Source of the DNA: Eledone cirrhosa
Taxonomy: Eukaryota
Reading direction: 5' to 3'
Assembly (NCBI GenBank): GCA_964016885.1
Contig: OZ024745.1
Coordinates: 87,110,001 to 87,174,000 of the forward strand
DNA length: 64,000 bases
Shown in pieces: positions 14,479 through 28,185 of the stretch. How positions within the stretch are numbered: position 1 is the first letter of the stretch; each line of letters opens with the position of its first letter. Position numbers and translations under genes: made by a program. The notes beneath the pieces are model-generated. The model was not told the origin of the DNA. It worked only from the letters and a program-made list of their open reading frames with translations, and searched no databases.

Positions 14479-15146
14479 CATATATATACACACAATCTTA
14501 CATTCTTATTTGCATGCGCATATATGTATTTTTATATTCAGATATAAATACCCAAACATATATACACCTACCTACATATATATTCATACATACACGCTTA
14601 CAAACACAGATGATAATAGTATGGGGGAAAGGGTGGGGGGTGGAGAAGGGGATTATAGTAAATATATGTTTCAAGAAACATAGAATATTATCTGTATCTG
14701 GATCCCAATATATGTTTTTACATAGTTTCAGTGTTAGGAAATACAAGAAATAAGGCAAAATTATGCATTTCAAAATAAGTATACCATTAATTATATGTTA
14801 ACTAAACTAAAGATAGTTAACATATTGATTTCTAAGGTGTAAATTAGTTAGGTTTATAATATTTGAAGCAGAATTTTGAAGTTAAATAGTAGTAGAGTAT
14901 TAATTATAGTATAACTAAATTAAAGTTATTAACGTTATGGTATCAATATTAGGAAATGAATTTAGTAATAGGGAAAAAACAAATAAAGTATTACATCGGT
15001 AGTAGAATATAAATTATAGGTTAACTAAATTAAAAATTATATATTAATTTCTATAGTATATGTTAATTAGGTATATAATAAATAAAACAGATATTGTATT
15101 TTATCAATAGCAGAATATAATTATATGCAAATAGAAATCAAAATTA

Positions 15147-15177
<31 letters not shown>

Positions 15178-15180
15178 CAC

Positions 15181-15219
<39 letters not shown>

Positions 15220-15965
15220 TACATACACATACATATACATACATACATATACATATTTTTTCAAAAATTGCAAAGAATATATTAACTAGGTATACATCCA
15301 AAACACATCCCATTCTATGATTACATGACACTCTGCAATCCGTCTGTATAAGGATACTAATTTTAAGCCAATTAAATTAAATTTTTAGGTTGACTAAATT
15401 TAAAACCAAATTATAAATATATTTCTAAAATGTATATTAATTAGGTCTATAATACTAAAAATTATTTCTCTGTCATTGGATACACGATATTTTGTTATAT
15501 TTTATCTGTAAAGGAATTTTAATAAAAGGTTTAAATAAATTAAAATTAATCTTAATCTATAAATTAAATTACTAAGTATATATTAGTAATATTTAAAGGT
15601 TTTTCACAATTTATGATTACACAATATTTTATATTCTCATCTGTAGTAGAATTTTAATTAAATTAAATTTATAGGTTAACTAACATTTAAATTAAATTAA
15701 TTTCTAAAATAATGTTATTAATTAGGTTTATAATATTTAAATGTTTTTTTTAGTTTATGATTACACGATATAATTAATTCCTGTCGTTTATTTAATAGGA
15801 TATCCTTAGATTTCATTATTTCAAATAGTTCTTGGGAACATAATCTACATTCATTTCTATTATTTTGATAAGGGGTGGCTCTTTTGAGCACACTCCAGGT
15901 CAAATCATATTCTATATTCTTATTTTTATAACTATTGATTTTTTCTGCTAGAGATGTTGTATTAG

Positions 15966-16354
15966 GGAATTGTCTTGTTAACAACATAGTCTATAAATGT
16001 AATGTTAAAACTAAAGATTCTATTTGCTCATATATAGGAGCTACCTCTAACAATTTTAAGACAAGATTTAATACCCACAAGCATAGTTTTAAAAATGCCG
16101 CACTGGCTAATACAACATCTCTAGCAGAAAAAATCAATAGTTATAAAAATAAGAATATAGAATATGATTTGACCTGGAGTGTGCTCAAAAGAGCCACCCC
16201 TTATCAAAATAATAGAAATGAATGTAGATTATGTTCCCAAGAACTATTTGAAATAATGAAATCTAAGGATATCCTATTAAATAAACGACAGGAATTAATT
16301 ATATCGTGTAATCATAAACTAAAAAAAACATTTAAATATTATAAACCTAATTAA
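15966..16354 (+). mobile_element. 3' end of a Penelope-like ORF (GIY-YIG endonuclease)
   Basis: GNCLVNNIVYKC...SYIGATSNNFKTRFNTHKHSF...W...CRLC...LLNKRQELIISCNH. Confidence 0.9.
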
Positions 16355-16852
16355 TAACATTATTTTAGAAATTAATTTAATTTAAATGTTAGTTAACCTA
16401 TAAATTTAATTTAATTAAAATTCTACTACAGATGAGAATATAAAATATTGTGTAATCATAAATTGTGAAAAACCTTTAAATATTACTAATATATACTTAG
16501 TAATTTAATTTATAGATTAAGATTAATTTTAATTTATTTAAACCTTTTATTAAAATTCCTTTACAGATAAAATATAACAAAATATCGTGTATCCAATGAC
16601 AGAGAAATAATTTTTAGTATTATAGACCTAATTAATATACATTTTAGAAATATATTTATAATTTGGTTTTAAATTTAGTCAACCTAAAAATTTAATTTAA
16701 TTGGCTTAAAATTAGTATCCTTATACAGACGGATTGCAGAGTGTCATGTAATCATAGAATGGGATGTGTTTTGGATGTATACCTAGTTAATATATTCTTT
16801 GCAATTTTTGAAAAAATATGTATATGTATGTATGTATATGTATGTGTATGTA

Positions 16853-16955
<103 letters not shown>

Positions 16956-17746
16956 ATGTATATGTATATGTATATGTATTAATTTTGATTTCTATTTGCA
17001 TATAATTATATTCTGCTATTGATAAAATACAATATCTGTTTTATTTATTATATACCTAATTAACATATACTATAGAAATTAATATATAATTTTTAATTTA
17101 GTTAACCTATAATTTATATTCTACTACCGATGTAATACTTTATTTGTTTTTTCCCTATTACTAAATTCATTTCCTAATATTGATACCATAACGTTAATAA
17201 CTTTAATTTAGTTATACTATAATTAATACTCTACTACTATTTAACTTCAAAATTCTGCTTCAAATATTATAAACCTAACTAATTTACACCTTAGAAATCA
17301 ATATGTTAACTACCTTTAGTTTAGTTAACATATAATTAATGGTATACTTATTTTGAAATGCATAATTTTGCCTTATTTCTTGTATTTCCTAACACTGAAA
17401 CTATGTAAAAACATATATTGGGATCCAGATACAGATAATATTCTATGTTTCTTGAAACATATATTTACTATAATCCCCTTCTCCAACCCCCCCCCCCCTT
17501 TCCCCCATACTATTATCATCTGTGTTTGTAAGCGTGTATGTATGAATATATATGTAGGTAGGTGTATATATGTTTGGGTATTTATATCTGAATATAAAAA
17601 TACATATATGCGCATGCAAATAAGAATGTAAGATTGTGTGTATATATATGTGTGTATATATATATGTGTATATATGCATGTGTATATATATGTGTATATG
17701 TATATATGTTTATATGTGTATATGTGTATATGTGTGTGGGCGTGTA

Positions 17747-17789
<43 letters not shown>

Positions 17790-17957
17790 ATGTATGTGTA
17801 TATATATGTGTGTATATATATGTATGTCTCTCTATATATATGTCTATCTTCGTATCTATGTGGCTATATGTGTGTTTGTACATGTATGCACATGTATATG
17901 TTTTTGTGTATATGTGTGTATGTGTATATATGTACGTGTGCGCACATATATATGTGA

Positions 17958-17997
<40 letters not shown>

Positions 17998-18612
17998 GTA
18001 TATCTATGTGTGTATATATGTCTATATTCGTATGTGTATATATATATATATATATATTATTTATTATTATAATATAACTTATGTGTATGTGTGTATATGT
18101 GAGGGTGTGTATATGTATATATATGTATATATATGTGTAAAAAAATATATATGTATATGTGGGTTTTTTTTGTGTGTGTGTATATATATGTATGTATATA
18201 TGTGTGTATGTGTGTGTTTGTATGTGTGTTTATGGTTGTATGTGTGTGTGGGTGTATATATATAAATGTATGTGTATATATATATATATATATGTGTATA
18301 TGTATCTCTATTAATGTGTGTATATATGTATATGTATATACCTTTTTCTTTGTATGTCTGAGTTGTGTGAGAGTGTAGTGGTGTTTGTATGTATATACGC
18401 ATATATGGATGCGTATGTATTTGTATATATGAGTATATGTAAGTGCGTATATATGTATGAATATATATCTATGTCTATGTATGAGTATATATGTGTGTGT
18501 ATGTATATTGTGTGTGTATGTATGTATGTGTCTATGTGTGTATATATATATGTATGTGTGTATATGTATGTATGTATGTGTATGTATGTACATATATGTC
18601 TATGTATATGTG

Positions 18613-18683
<71 letters not shown>

Positions 18684-18873
18684 TTATTTTATATATATGT
18701 GTGTATGTGTATGTGTGTGTGTGTATATATATCTTTATATATGTGTATGTGTATGTTCGTGTAGGTGTATGTGTGTGTATGACTATATATGTATGTATGT
18801 ATGTGTGTATGTATGTATATGTATGTGTGAGTACATGTATGTATGTGTATGTATATATATGTGTGTATATGTG

Positions 18874-18908
<35 letters not shown>

Positions 18909-19204
18909 ATATATATATATGTATGTATATGTATCTCTATTTGTATGTGTATATGTGTATAGGTATATACCTTTTTCTTTGTATGTCTGAGTTGTGTGAG
19001 AGTGTAGTGGTGTTTGTATGTATATACCGATATATGGATGCGTAAGTATTTGTGTGTATGTATGTATGTCTGTATGTATTTGTGTGTATATATAGGTATG
19101 TATGTATATATCTGTATGTATATAAGTATGTATGTGTATGTATATGTGCGTGTATGTGTATATATATATGTGTGTCTATATATGTATGTGTGATTATATG
19201 TGTA

Positions 19205-19237
<33 letters not shown>

Positions 19238-19325
19238 TTATATGTATGTGTGTATATGTGTGTATGTGTGTATATGTATATATTTATATATGTGTGTGTA
19301 TGTGTGTTCTAAGTGTAGATGTGTG

Positions 19326-19431
<106 letters not shown>

Positions 19432-20051
19432 CTTGATATATTTCTTTTTTCTTTTTTCTTTTTCTTTTCTTTCCTTTTTAATTTTTATTTTTTATTTCTT
19501 AGTTTATAGATACATCTATAAATAAGCAGTCTGCCCAAACCGTTGAATACTGACCTCTCCCCCCCTCCCACCTAATTTCTGTATCTTGATCTAAATGTGT
19601 GTGGCAGTGTTTATGTGAGTGAATTAATATCCATGTGCTTATGATAATATTATATCCACATATATATATGTGTGTGGGGGTGTGTGTGTGTATGTATGTT
19701 CGTAATTATGTGTATGTTTATGCATATACGCGCGCGTGTGTGTGAGTGTACGGATATGTGTGAGTATGAGAATATGTGTATACACTTATTTCATATTTAT
19801 GTGTCTATACGCATCTTATCTGTGCATTATAAACTTACAGAGACATTAACCTTGAAATTTTGTATTTGCATGCATCTTTTTGGCATGCGTATGCATGTTG
19901 AGCATACATCTTTGTATAAATATGTGTACGGGGTAGTTACATGTATATACACACGCCAAACTGCATAAAACCTTTTGTATTTTCATTGGTCAATTTTGTT
20001 CCCAAACGGACCTGAAATTTTGAATTGTTGTTATTATCAATAAATATATTT

Positions 20052-20202
20052 CATTATTTCTGAAGACGGCGTATATGTGTGTTTGGTATGTATATTTAAT
20101 CTTGATAGTTTGTATAATTTTGTATAATTTTGTACATAGATCTGTTGAATATGCATGCCAATTCTAACACATATATATCCTAGAAACGATCGTTAAATAA
20201 TG
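20052..20202 (+). ncRNA. Type I hammerhead with ~115-nt extended stem II; mirror 11962-12112 (-), older copy 38634-38762 (+)
   Basis: CAUUAUUU-CUGAAGA-[long hairpin]-GAAA-CGAUCG-UU-AAAUAAUG. Stem I is 8 bp; the 38634 copy has GUA at the cleavage site. Confidence 0.75.
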
Positions 20203-20398
20203 AACTTTTTTTGTTTAATATAAGGAACTGTTTCATTGTTTTATTCATTATTTGTTTAATATTTTATCTTGACTCTGTATACCGTTTATCTTTCACCGAA
20301 AGTGATTTTTCATTACATCTCTTCTTTCCATGATATCCGGAATACATTGAGTTCTTCATACGGATTGGACACTACCGTAAACTCTTGGTAGATTTATC

Positions 20399-20477
<79 letters not shown>

Positions 20478-21013
20478 TATATATATATGTTGAATGTATC
20501 TTGTATAGTGAATTTAAAAGGAATGTCAAGTTGTGTTGAGTTTTAAGGTGAATATAAATTAATGTTATGACAAGGAAAGATAGTATACTAAAAGATGAAA
20601 ATTATAATAAGATTATGTGATATAGTAATGTGATAATATACAAGTTAACCAATAGAATATAGTACGGTTCTGGTAAATTACAATCAGTATAATATAACAT
20701 ATTATACGCTCTAAAATATTACTAAGTATGTTTATGCATAAACAATCAAACTCAGATAAGTACATGTTGGCATAGTTAAAACACATAAATTTCATAGTCT
20801 ACAAAGCGCAGATATTCACAGCACATATAGAGAGAGGTACAGTTATATTGATATCTAACCAAAATATACATACGTGCAAGTAGATGCAAACCTAAATACA
20901 CATCCACACGCATGTATATAATCATATATATACATATCCATACATATCTATATCTACACATACACATCTGTACCCCCATATATACATATACATATACATA
21001 TACATACACATAT

Positions 21014-21086
<73 letters not shown>

Positions 21087-21401
21087 AATATATATATATA
21101 CACACATACATACATACATATATACATGTACATATATATAGACACATATACACATATATACATATATACACACATATATATATACACATATATATATATA
21201 TATATATATACATATACATACACACACATATATATATACATATACAATACACACACACGCACATACACAGATATACACACACATATATATATATACACAC
21301 ACGCTTGTGTGAGCATATGTACACTCCTCTTACATGTGCACATACTTATATATAAACATTCATACACATATATTCACATATACACAGACACAAACACATA
21401 T

Positions 21402-21439
<38 letters not shown>

Positions 21440-21565
21440 GTACACACATATACATATATATATATATACACACATAAATATACACCCATATATATATATA
21501 TTAGAAAGTGAGGTTTTTTTTACAAAATGAAAAATAACCGAGGTGTCCTACACGAGTGAAAGTAT

Positions 21566-21863
21566 AAAGAAAAAGAGATGAAATCGAAAATGCAACTGGA
21601 GTCTTATTTAAAAAATATATATATATATATATTTATTTGGTTCCTTTACCGGTTTCGCAGTTCTTCTGCTTTTCAAAAGGTGAGTTGAGATGGAGGATCT
21701 GTGGTTTTTCTCACATCAGATGTGAGAAAAACCACAGACCCTCCATCTCAACTCACCTTTTGAAAAGCAGAACTGCGAAACCGGTAAAGGAACCAAATAA
21801 ATATATATATATATATATTTTTTAAATAAGACTCCAGTTGCATTTTCGATTTCATCTCTTTTT

Positions 21864-21870
<7 letters not shown>
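21566..21870. repeat. Foldback element, centre ~21718, with divergent U3-A8 hammerheads (21643-21680 -, 21756-21790 +)
   Basis: CCUU-UUGAAAA-GCAG(AAGAA or AA)CUGC-GAAA-CCGG-UA-AAGG on each arm. Confidence 0.8.
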
Positions 21871-21944
<74 letters not shown>

Positions 21945-22356
21945 TATACATACATATACATACATATACATACATACACACATACACAAGCATATACATA
22001 TATACACATATACACATACATAAACATATATCTATATCTATATATATATATATATAAATATATATATATACACAAATATATACACACATAAATATTTTTC
22101 CATATCATACATAGATGTTTATTTTCACTCATGCAATTACGGGTGGCAGTATATCTTGTTGCCTTTAGTCATTAACGCATAAATCTAAGGAAACTAAAAC
22201 ATTAAAAGGCTAAAATAAGCATGAAAGCATATAATTAGGGCAGACAGGTACTAATAAATGTCATTCTGCACGGAATTATAGTGAGTTGCTATTTAGAATA
22301 TTTAATTAGGTTTATAGTATTTAATTAGGGTTATAGTATTTAATTAGGTTTATAGT

Positions 22357-23300
22357 ATTTATTTAGTTTCATAGTATTTAAATGTTTTTCGTATACATTG
22401 ATTACAGAATATGACCAATTCCTGTCTTTTAGTTAATAAATCGTCCTTAGATTTAGTAATTTTCAAGATCTCTCCTGAACATAATCTGCATTCTCTCCTG
22501 TTCCCAAGATATGGACTTTTTTGTAGAATGGTGCTCCATGATGACTTGAAATCTATTTTTTTCATTTTATAATTATTTACCGCTTCAGCTAAAGATGTGG
22601 TGTTTGCTAGTTTAGTATTGTTGAAACTACTAGAGTGTGCGTAAAATCTTTTTTTAAACGTGTTTGATGTAGTCCTATATATGTTTTGTTGGAGTCTGTA
22701 GTAGACACAGTGCATTTATATACTACATTATTAATCAAACAGTTTCCATTTAAGGGGCAAATGCTTCTATGTTTGCAATTACAGCTATACGTAAGATGGT
22801 TTTGGGAGGTGCCTATACTATTCTCATTTATCCTTGAGCTATTCCTATTTTAATTAATGATAGCTGGAGAATGAAGGTTGCTTTGTGGGTGGTTTGGTGC
22901 TAGAGTTGTATTGTAATTTTGTGTTCTGATGTTTTTGTGTTGGTGAATTGGGTTGTTGAGTTTTCTAGGTTGAAGGATTGTATCATCTGTCTTTTTAAAA
23001 GGTGCAGTCCTATTTAAATTATGTTGCGGTGGTGTAGTCATATTATTTTAAAGTTTATAAATGTTGTAGTTGCTTATTTTTTGTTTGAGATTGTTTGATG
23101 TAGAGTATGAGAATTTAACAGTATATTTGTTAAATATTTAGTGGTATCTGTGGTTTGGTGGAAAATGTTTATGTAGTATTTCCAAGAATTTTTCGGGGAT
23201 TTGTCCAATAGTTTGCTGGTTGAAGGGTGCGTTGTACCATGTTATGTTTCTTTTGCGGTTTTTAGTTAAGTTTTTATTATCCCTTATTATTGTGTTGTGT
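22357..23300 (-). mobile_element. Decayed Penelope-like fragment (linker + GIY-YIG)
   Basis: Minus strand RNITWYNAPF, PNHRYH, SCNCKHRSICPLNGNC, FKKRFYAH, CRLC, KRQEL. Confidence 0.85.
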
Positions 23301-23339
23301 TCTAGAAGAGTTCCTATGGTAAGTGTCCTTATTTGTACT

Positions 23340-24142
23340 ACTGTACGTCTGTATACATATATGTATGTACGTATACATACTTATATTTAAGTAACAGCCG
23401 TACTAAGAGTGAGAAATGCAATTTCGTTTCATTTTTTCCATTTATCGTTTTCGGTGCCCCGGCCGATTAACTCACTCGATATGCAAATTAGGCTGCTCAG
23501 CCGTTAATATGCATAAGGAAAGTATATACTTTCAGACGTTCAACCATCTGGCAGGAAGGTATACGTTGTTGATGATTGCTAATAAGCTTGAAACTAGTAC
23601 AGCGTTCCTTTGTCAGTGTTGAACGAATGAGAAACGATGGTTGCTAGACACTGTACGGCTTAATTCGGGATGTTTATTTACAAACACAGCGAGCATTATA
23701 TTAAATGTTCGGTTAATCCATACGTACATATATATATATGTGTGCATGTATGTATATATATATATACATACTAGTGTACGTCTGTATACATATATGTATG
23801 TACGTATACTTACTTATATTTAAGTAACAGCCGTCCTAAGAGTGAGAAATGAAATTTCGTTTCATTTTTTACGTTTATCGTTTTTGGTACCCTGGCCGAT
23901 TAACTCACTCGATATGCAAATTAGGCTGCTCAGCCGTTAATGTGCATAAGGAAAGTATATACTTTCAGACGTTCAACCATCTGGCAGGAAGGTATGCGTT
24001 GCTGGCAATAGCTAATAAGCTTGAAACTAGTACTGCGTTCCTTTGTCAGTGTTTAACAAATCAGCAACGTATACATACTTATATTTAAGTAACAGCCGTA
24101 CTAAGAGTAAGAAATGAAATTTCGTTTCATTTTTTCCGTTTA
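23340..24142 (+). repeat. Tandem ~433-bp unit repeat (second unit partly deleted); inverted related copy at 56497-56840
   Basis: Paralogous ORFs at 23416 and 23849; recurring taagtaacagccgtactaagagtgagaaatgaaatttcgtttcattttt. Confidence 0.85.
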
Positions 24143-24203
24143 TATTTATTATATTATATTAAATATATACATATATATATATATTATATTATATTATATA
24201 TAT

Positions 24204-24295
24204 TACTTTGCCTTTCATCCTTACGAGGTCGATAAAATAAAGTACCAGTAATGCACTGGGCATTTGCTGGCCTTGTGCCTAAAGTAGAAAAAATT
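24204..24295 (+). mobile_element. SINE 3' fragment
   Basis: actttgcctttcatccttacgaggtcgataaaataaagtaccag...agtagaaa. Confidence 0.85.
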
Positions 24296-24759
24296 ATATT
24301 ATATATATACATATATATATTATATTATATTATATATATACATGTATATATATTATATTATATATATAATAAATATATATATATATATATATTATATATA
24401 TAATATAATATATATAAATATATTATATACATAATATAATATATATATTATATATATATATATATAAGATAATATATATATATAATATAATATATAATAT
24501 ATAATATATAATATATAATATAATATATAATATATAATATAATATATAATATATATATATATATTATATATATATTTATATATATATATATTATATATAT
24601 AATATATATATACATATATATTATATTATATATATAGATATATATATATTATATTATATATATACATATATATATATTATATTATATTATATATATACAT
24701 ATATATATTATATTATATTATATTATATATATAATATATATATATATATATATTATATA

Positions 24760-26008
24760 AATGAAAGGTATAGAAAGTATTGTAGCAAGAAGCCAACAGT
24801 ATTCCATAATATATAAGGGACTATAGCGTCAAAATGGGAAAATAGTTAACGTAAGATCTGAGAAAAATAAATTAAACTCAATTCAAACTGAATCAGGATA
24901 TAGATTCATCCAACAGAATTCAGCGAAATCCAGGGAAAATCAATCGAGCCTTAACTCATGATAAAATAAAGTTTAAAATACTCATCCTTCAATTTGGGAC
25001 AACTACAAATGCTCTGTATAGTCTTGAAATAGACTATTTCACGAAAACCTTCATCGGAGATGGTCACGGTTGGAATACGATCATCAGCAGAGCTCAACAC
25101 GATAGCCAAATTTTCACTGATTAATATGCCAAAAAGGGAATTTAAAAGCAGGTTAGTTTAACATCTTGCATTATTATGAAAATAAAACGCACATGTGGAA
25201 AAAGAGGGCTGGTGACGTCACAATGAGACGAATGTTTGTTTACATGAAACAACAATCAGAAACATTCCGAAAAAAACTCAACAATAAGGAGTTCAGCAAA
25301 AAACAATATTATCGCGGTTCTTTTTTTAAAAAAATACCGGGATTAGTCACAAATAATTTAAGCACTCCGAGTATAAATATATAAATGAAAGGTATAGACA
25401 GTATTGTAGCAAGAAGCGAACAGTTTTCCATAATATATAAGTGACTATAGAGTCAAAATGGGAAAATAGTTAACGTAAGATCTGAGAAAAATAATTCAAC
25501 TCAATTCAAAAGGAATCAGGATATAGATTTATCCAACAGAATTTAGTGAAATCCAGGGAAAAATCAATAGAGCCTTAACTCATGATAAAATAAAGTTTAA
25601 AATACTCATCCTTCAATTTGGGACAACTACAAATGCTCTGTATAGTCTTGAAAAAGACTATTTCACATAAACTTTCAGTGGAGATGGTCACGGTTGGAAT
25701 ACGATCATCAGCAGAGCTCAACACGATAGCCAAATTCTCACTGATTAAATATGCCAAAAAGGGAATTTAAAAGCAGGCTAGTTTAACATCATGCGTCATT
25801 ATGAAAATAAAACGCACATGTGGAAAAACAGAGCTGGTGACGTCAGAATGAGACGAATGTTTGTTTACATGAAACAACAGTCAAAAATATTCCGAAAAAA
25901 ACTCTACAATAAGGAGTTCAGCAAAAAGCAATATTATGGCGTTTTTTTTTTAATACTGGGATTAGTCACGACTAATTTAAGCACTCTAGTGAAGAAATCC
26001 GAGTATAA
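24760..26008 (+). repeat. Tandem duplication of a ~623-bp unit (possible non-autonomous DNA transposon remnant)
   Basis: aaatgaaaggtataga... starts at ~24760 and ~25383; diverged copies; paralogous spurious ORFs 25166/25791. Confidence 0.85.
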
Positions 26009-26103
26009 ATATATATATATATATATTAAATATATAATATAATATATATATATATATTATATACATAATATAATATATATATATATATTATATACATACA
26101 GGA

Positions 26104-26290
26104 CGGTGGATTGGCGGTATCGGTAGATGGTCGGACGCCATGCTTTACAGCATAGTTACGTCCCTTTATGATCTGAGTTCAAATCCAGCCGAGGTTGACT
26201 TTGCCTTTCATCCTTACGGGGTCGATAAAATAAAGTACCAGTAATGCACTGGGTAATTGCTGGCCTTGTGCCTAAAGTAGAAACAATTAT
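26104..26290 (+). mobile_element. Octopus-type SINE
   Basis: Full consensus match. Confidence 0.9.
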
Positions 26291-26356
26291 ATACATAATA
26301 TAATATATATATATATTATATATATATATTATATAAATAATATGATATATATATAT

Positions 26357-26392
<36 letters not shown>

Positions 26393-26592
26393 TATGATAT
26401 ATATATATATATATATTATATGTATAATATAATATATATATATATATATATATATTATATAATATATATATATATATAAATATATATATTATATATATAA
26501 TATAATATATATATATATAATATAATATATATATATATAATATAATATATATATATATAATCAAATATATATAATATATATTACTATATATA

Positions 26593-26780
26593 TAATTGTT
26601 TCTACTTTTGGCACAAGGCCAGCAATTACCCAGTGCATTACTGGTACTTTATTTTATCGACCCCGTAAGGATGAAAGGCAAAGTTAACCTCGGCGGGATT
26701 TGAACTCAGAATGGCAAGGGCCGTAACTCTATGCATCAAAGCATGGCATCCAACCCTCTACCGATACTGCCAATTCACCG
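26593..26780 (-). mobile_element. Octopus-type SINE (inverted relative to the 26104 copy)
   Basis: Reverse complement of the consensus. Confidence 0.9.
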
Positions 26781-26796
26781 CCCTTTTTACTATATA

Positions 26797-27688
26797 TCTA
26801 TATATATAAAACTGTGGTTGTCTGTCTGTCTATCGATTTTTGGCACACATCTCCTCTTAGAATCTCTCACGGAATTGCACCGAAATTGCTATACTTGTAC
26901 ATTGAGCCCTAGCGAAGACATCGGAAAAAAAAAATTTCAAATTGACCCACCCTATGTGACGAAATCGAATATAATGTATCGATTTTTGAGCGTAAGTTAT
27001 CAGTTATTTCCCTTTGTTCTGTTTACATTGAGCGTCTTACGTAAAAAATTACGCTGGCTTTCTCAGTTGTCGATCCAGCAAAATATTGACCTGCAAAATT
27101 CATCAGTTCGAACACTAAACTTCCGTTTTGCTTCATTTCCATTTAAAAGCATTTTAAAACAATATTTTTACTTGAAAACAACTCTATTTAAAGACTACGT
27201 AAAACAAGCAAATATTTCGTCGTTAGGCGTGCAGACAGACAGTCGTGCAGAGAGGTGATATACGCGTGCAGACAGACAGTCGTGCAGAGAGGTGATATAG
27301 GCGTGCAGACAGACAGTCGTGCAGAGAGGTGATATAGGCGTGCAGACAGACAGTCGTGCAGAGAGGTGATATAGGCGTGCAGACAGACATAACTGATAAT
27401 TTGGTTACGCTAATGTTTTTCTCTGCGTTGCAGTGTTTACATTTTCGATCTTTGTTAATAAATAACCAGTGCAGTTTCTATCCCCAGCATCCTCTTTTGT
27501 TATAACATTCGGGTTATCGTTATGTTTTCTTAACTTCATAAGGCATATTGTTGGTTGAGGGAATATTAATCAAAAACACCAGATGCAAGTCTGCACAGTA
27601 GACACTACAGTTTTTAAGCCAAGAAAGAAACTTAACATTGTAACTTTAACACTGAGCGACCCCGAGCAACGCCGGGCTTTACTGCTAG
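26797..27688 (+). mobile_element. Non-autonomous Helitron with an internal 37-bp minisatellite (27226-27390, ~4.4 copies)
   Basis: A|TCTATATATATAAAA start, (GTCT)n, 3' hairpin CCCGAGCAACGCCGGG then CTAG|T; repeat unit ggcgtgcagacagacagtcgtgcagagaggtgatata. Confidence 0.85.
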
Positions 27689-27721
27689 TATAATATAATA
27701 TATATATATATAATATAATAT

Positions 27722-28095
27722 AGTAATAATAATAAATTTGAAGACTAAAATCCAAAGAGGGCTCGATAAGGATAAATATATATCAAATATATAAGAACCG
27801 TAGAGCAAATATTTATTAAAATAACAGATTAAATTTTAAGCAAAGAATCGCTGCTTTCACCCTTAACGGGATCTTCTGAAACTAGCAAAGTCAATCTGTA
27901 AAGGCAGAACTGGATATTTCAAAAAACGTTGCCACGAACCAGAGTATCGTCTTCCTGTCTTCCTCCGGTTGCAAGGTTTTTTGAAATATCCAATTCTGCG
28001 TTTATAGATTGACTTTGCTAGTTTCAGAAGATCCCCTTAAGGGTGAAAGCAGCGATTCTTTGCTTAAACTTTAATCTGTTATTTTAATAAATATA
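27722..28095. repeat. Foldback of the pLTR belonging to the 44163-46400 Penelope family
   Basis: 27725-27870 is the reverse complement of 44155-44300; 27967-28092 mirrors 27810-27935. Confidence 0.85.
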
Positions 28096-28185
28096 ATATA
28101 TATATATATATAATATAATATATATATATATAATACAATATGTAGATATATAATATAATATATATATATATATATATAATATAAT

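Noticed and set aside
27226-27390. 37-bp repeats resembling a CRISPR array
   Set aside because: Head-to-tail with no unique spacers; a minisatellite within a Helitron in eukaryotic DNA.
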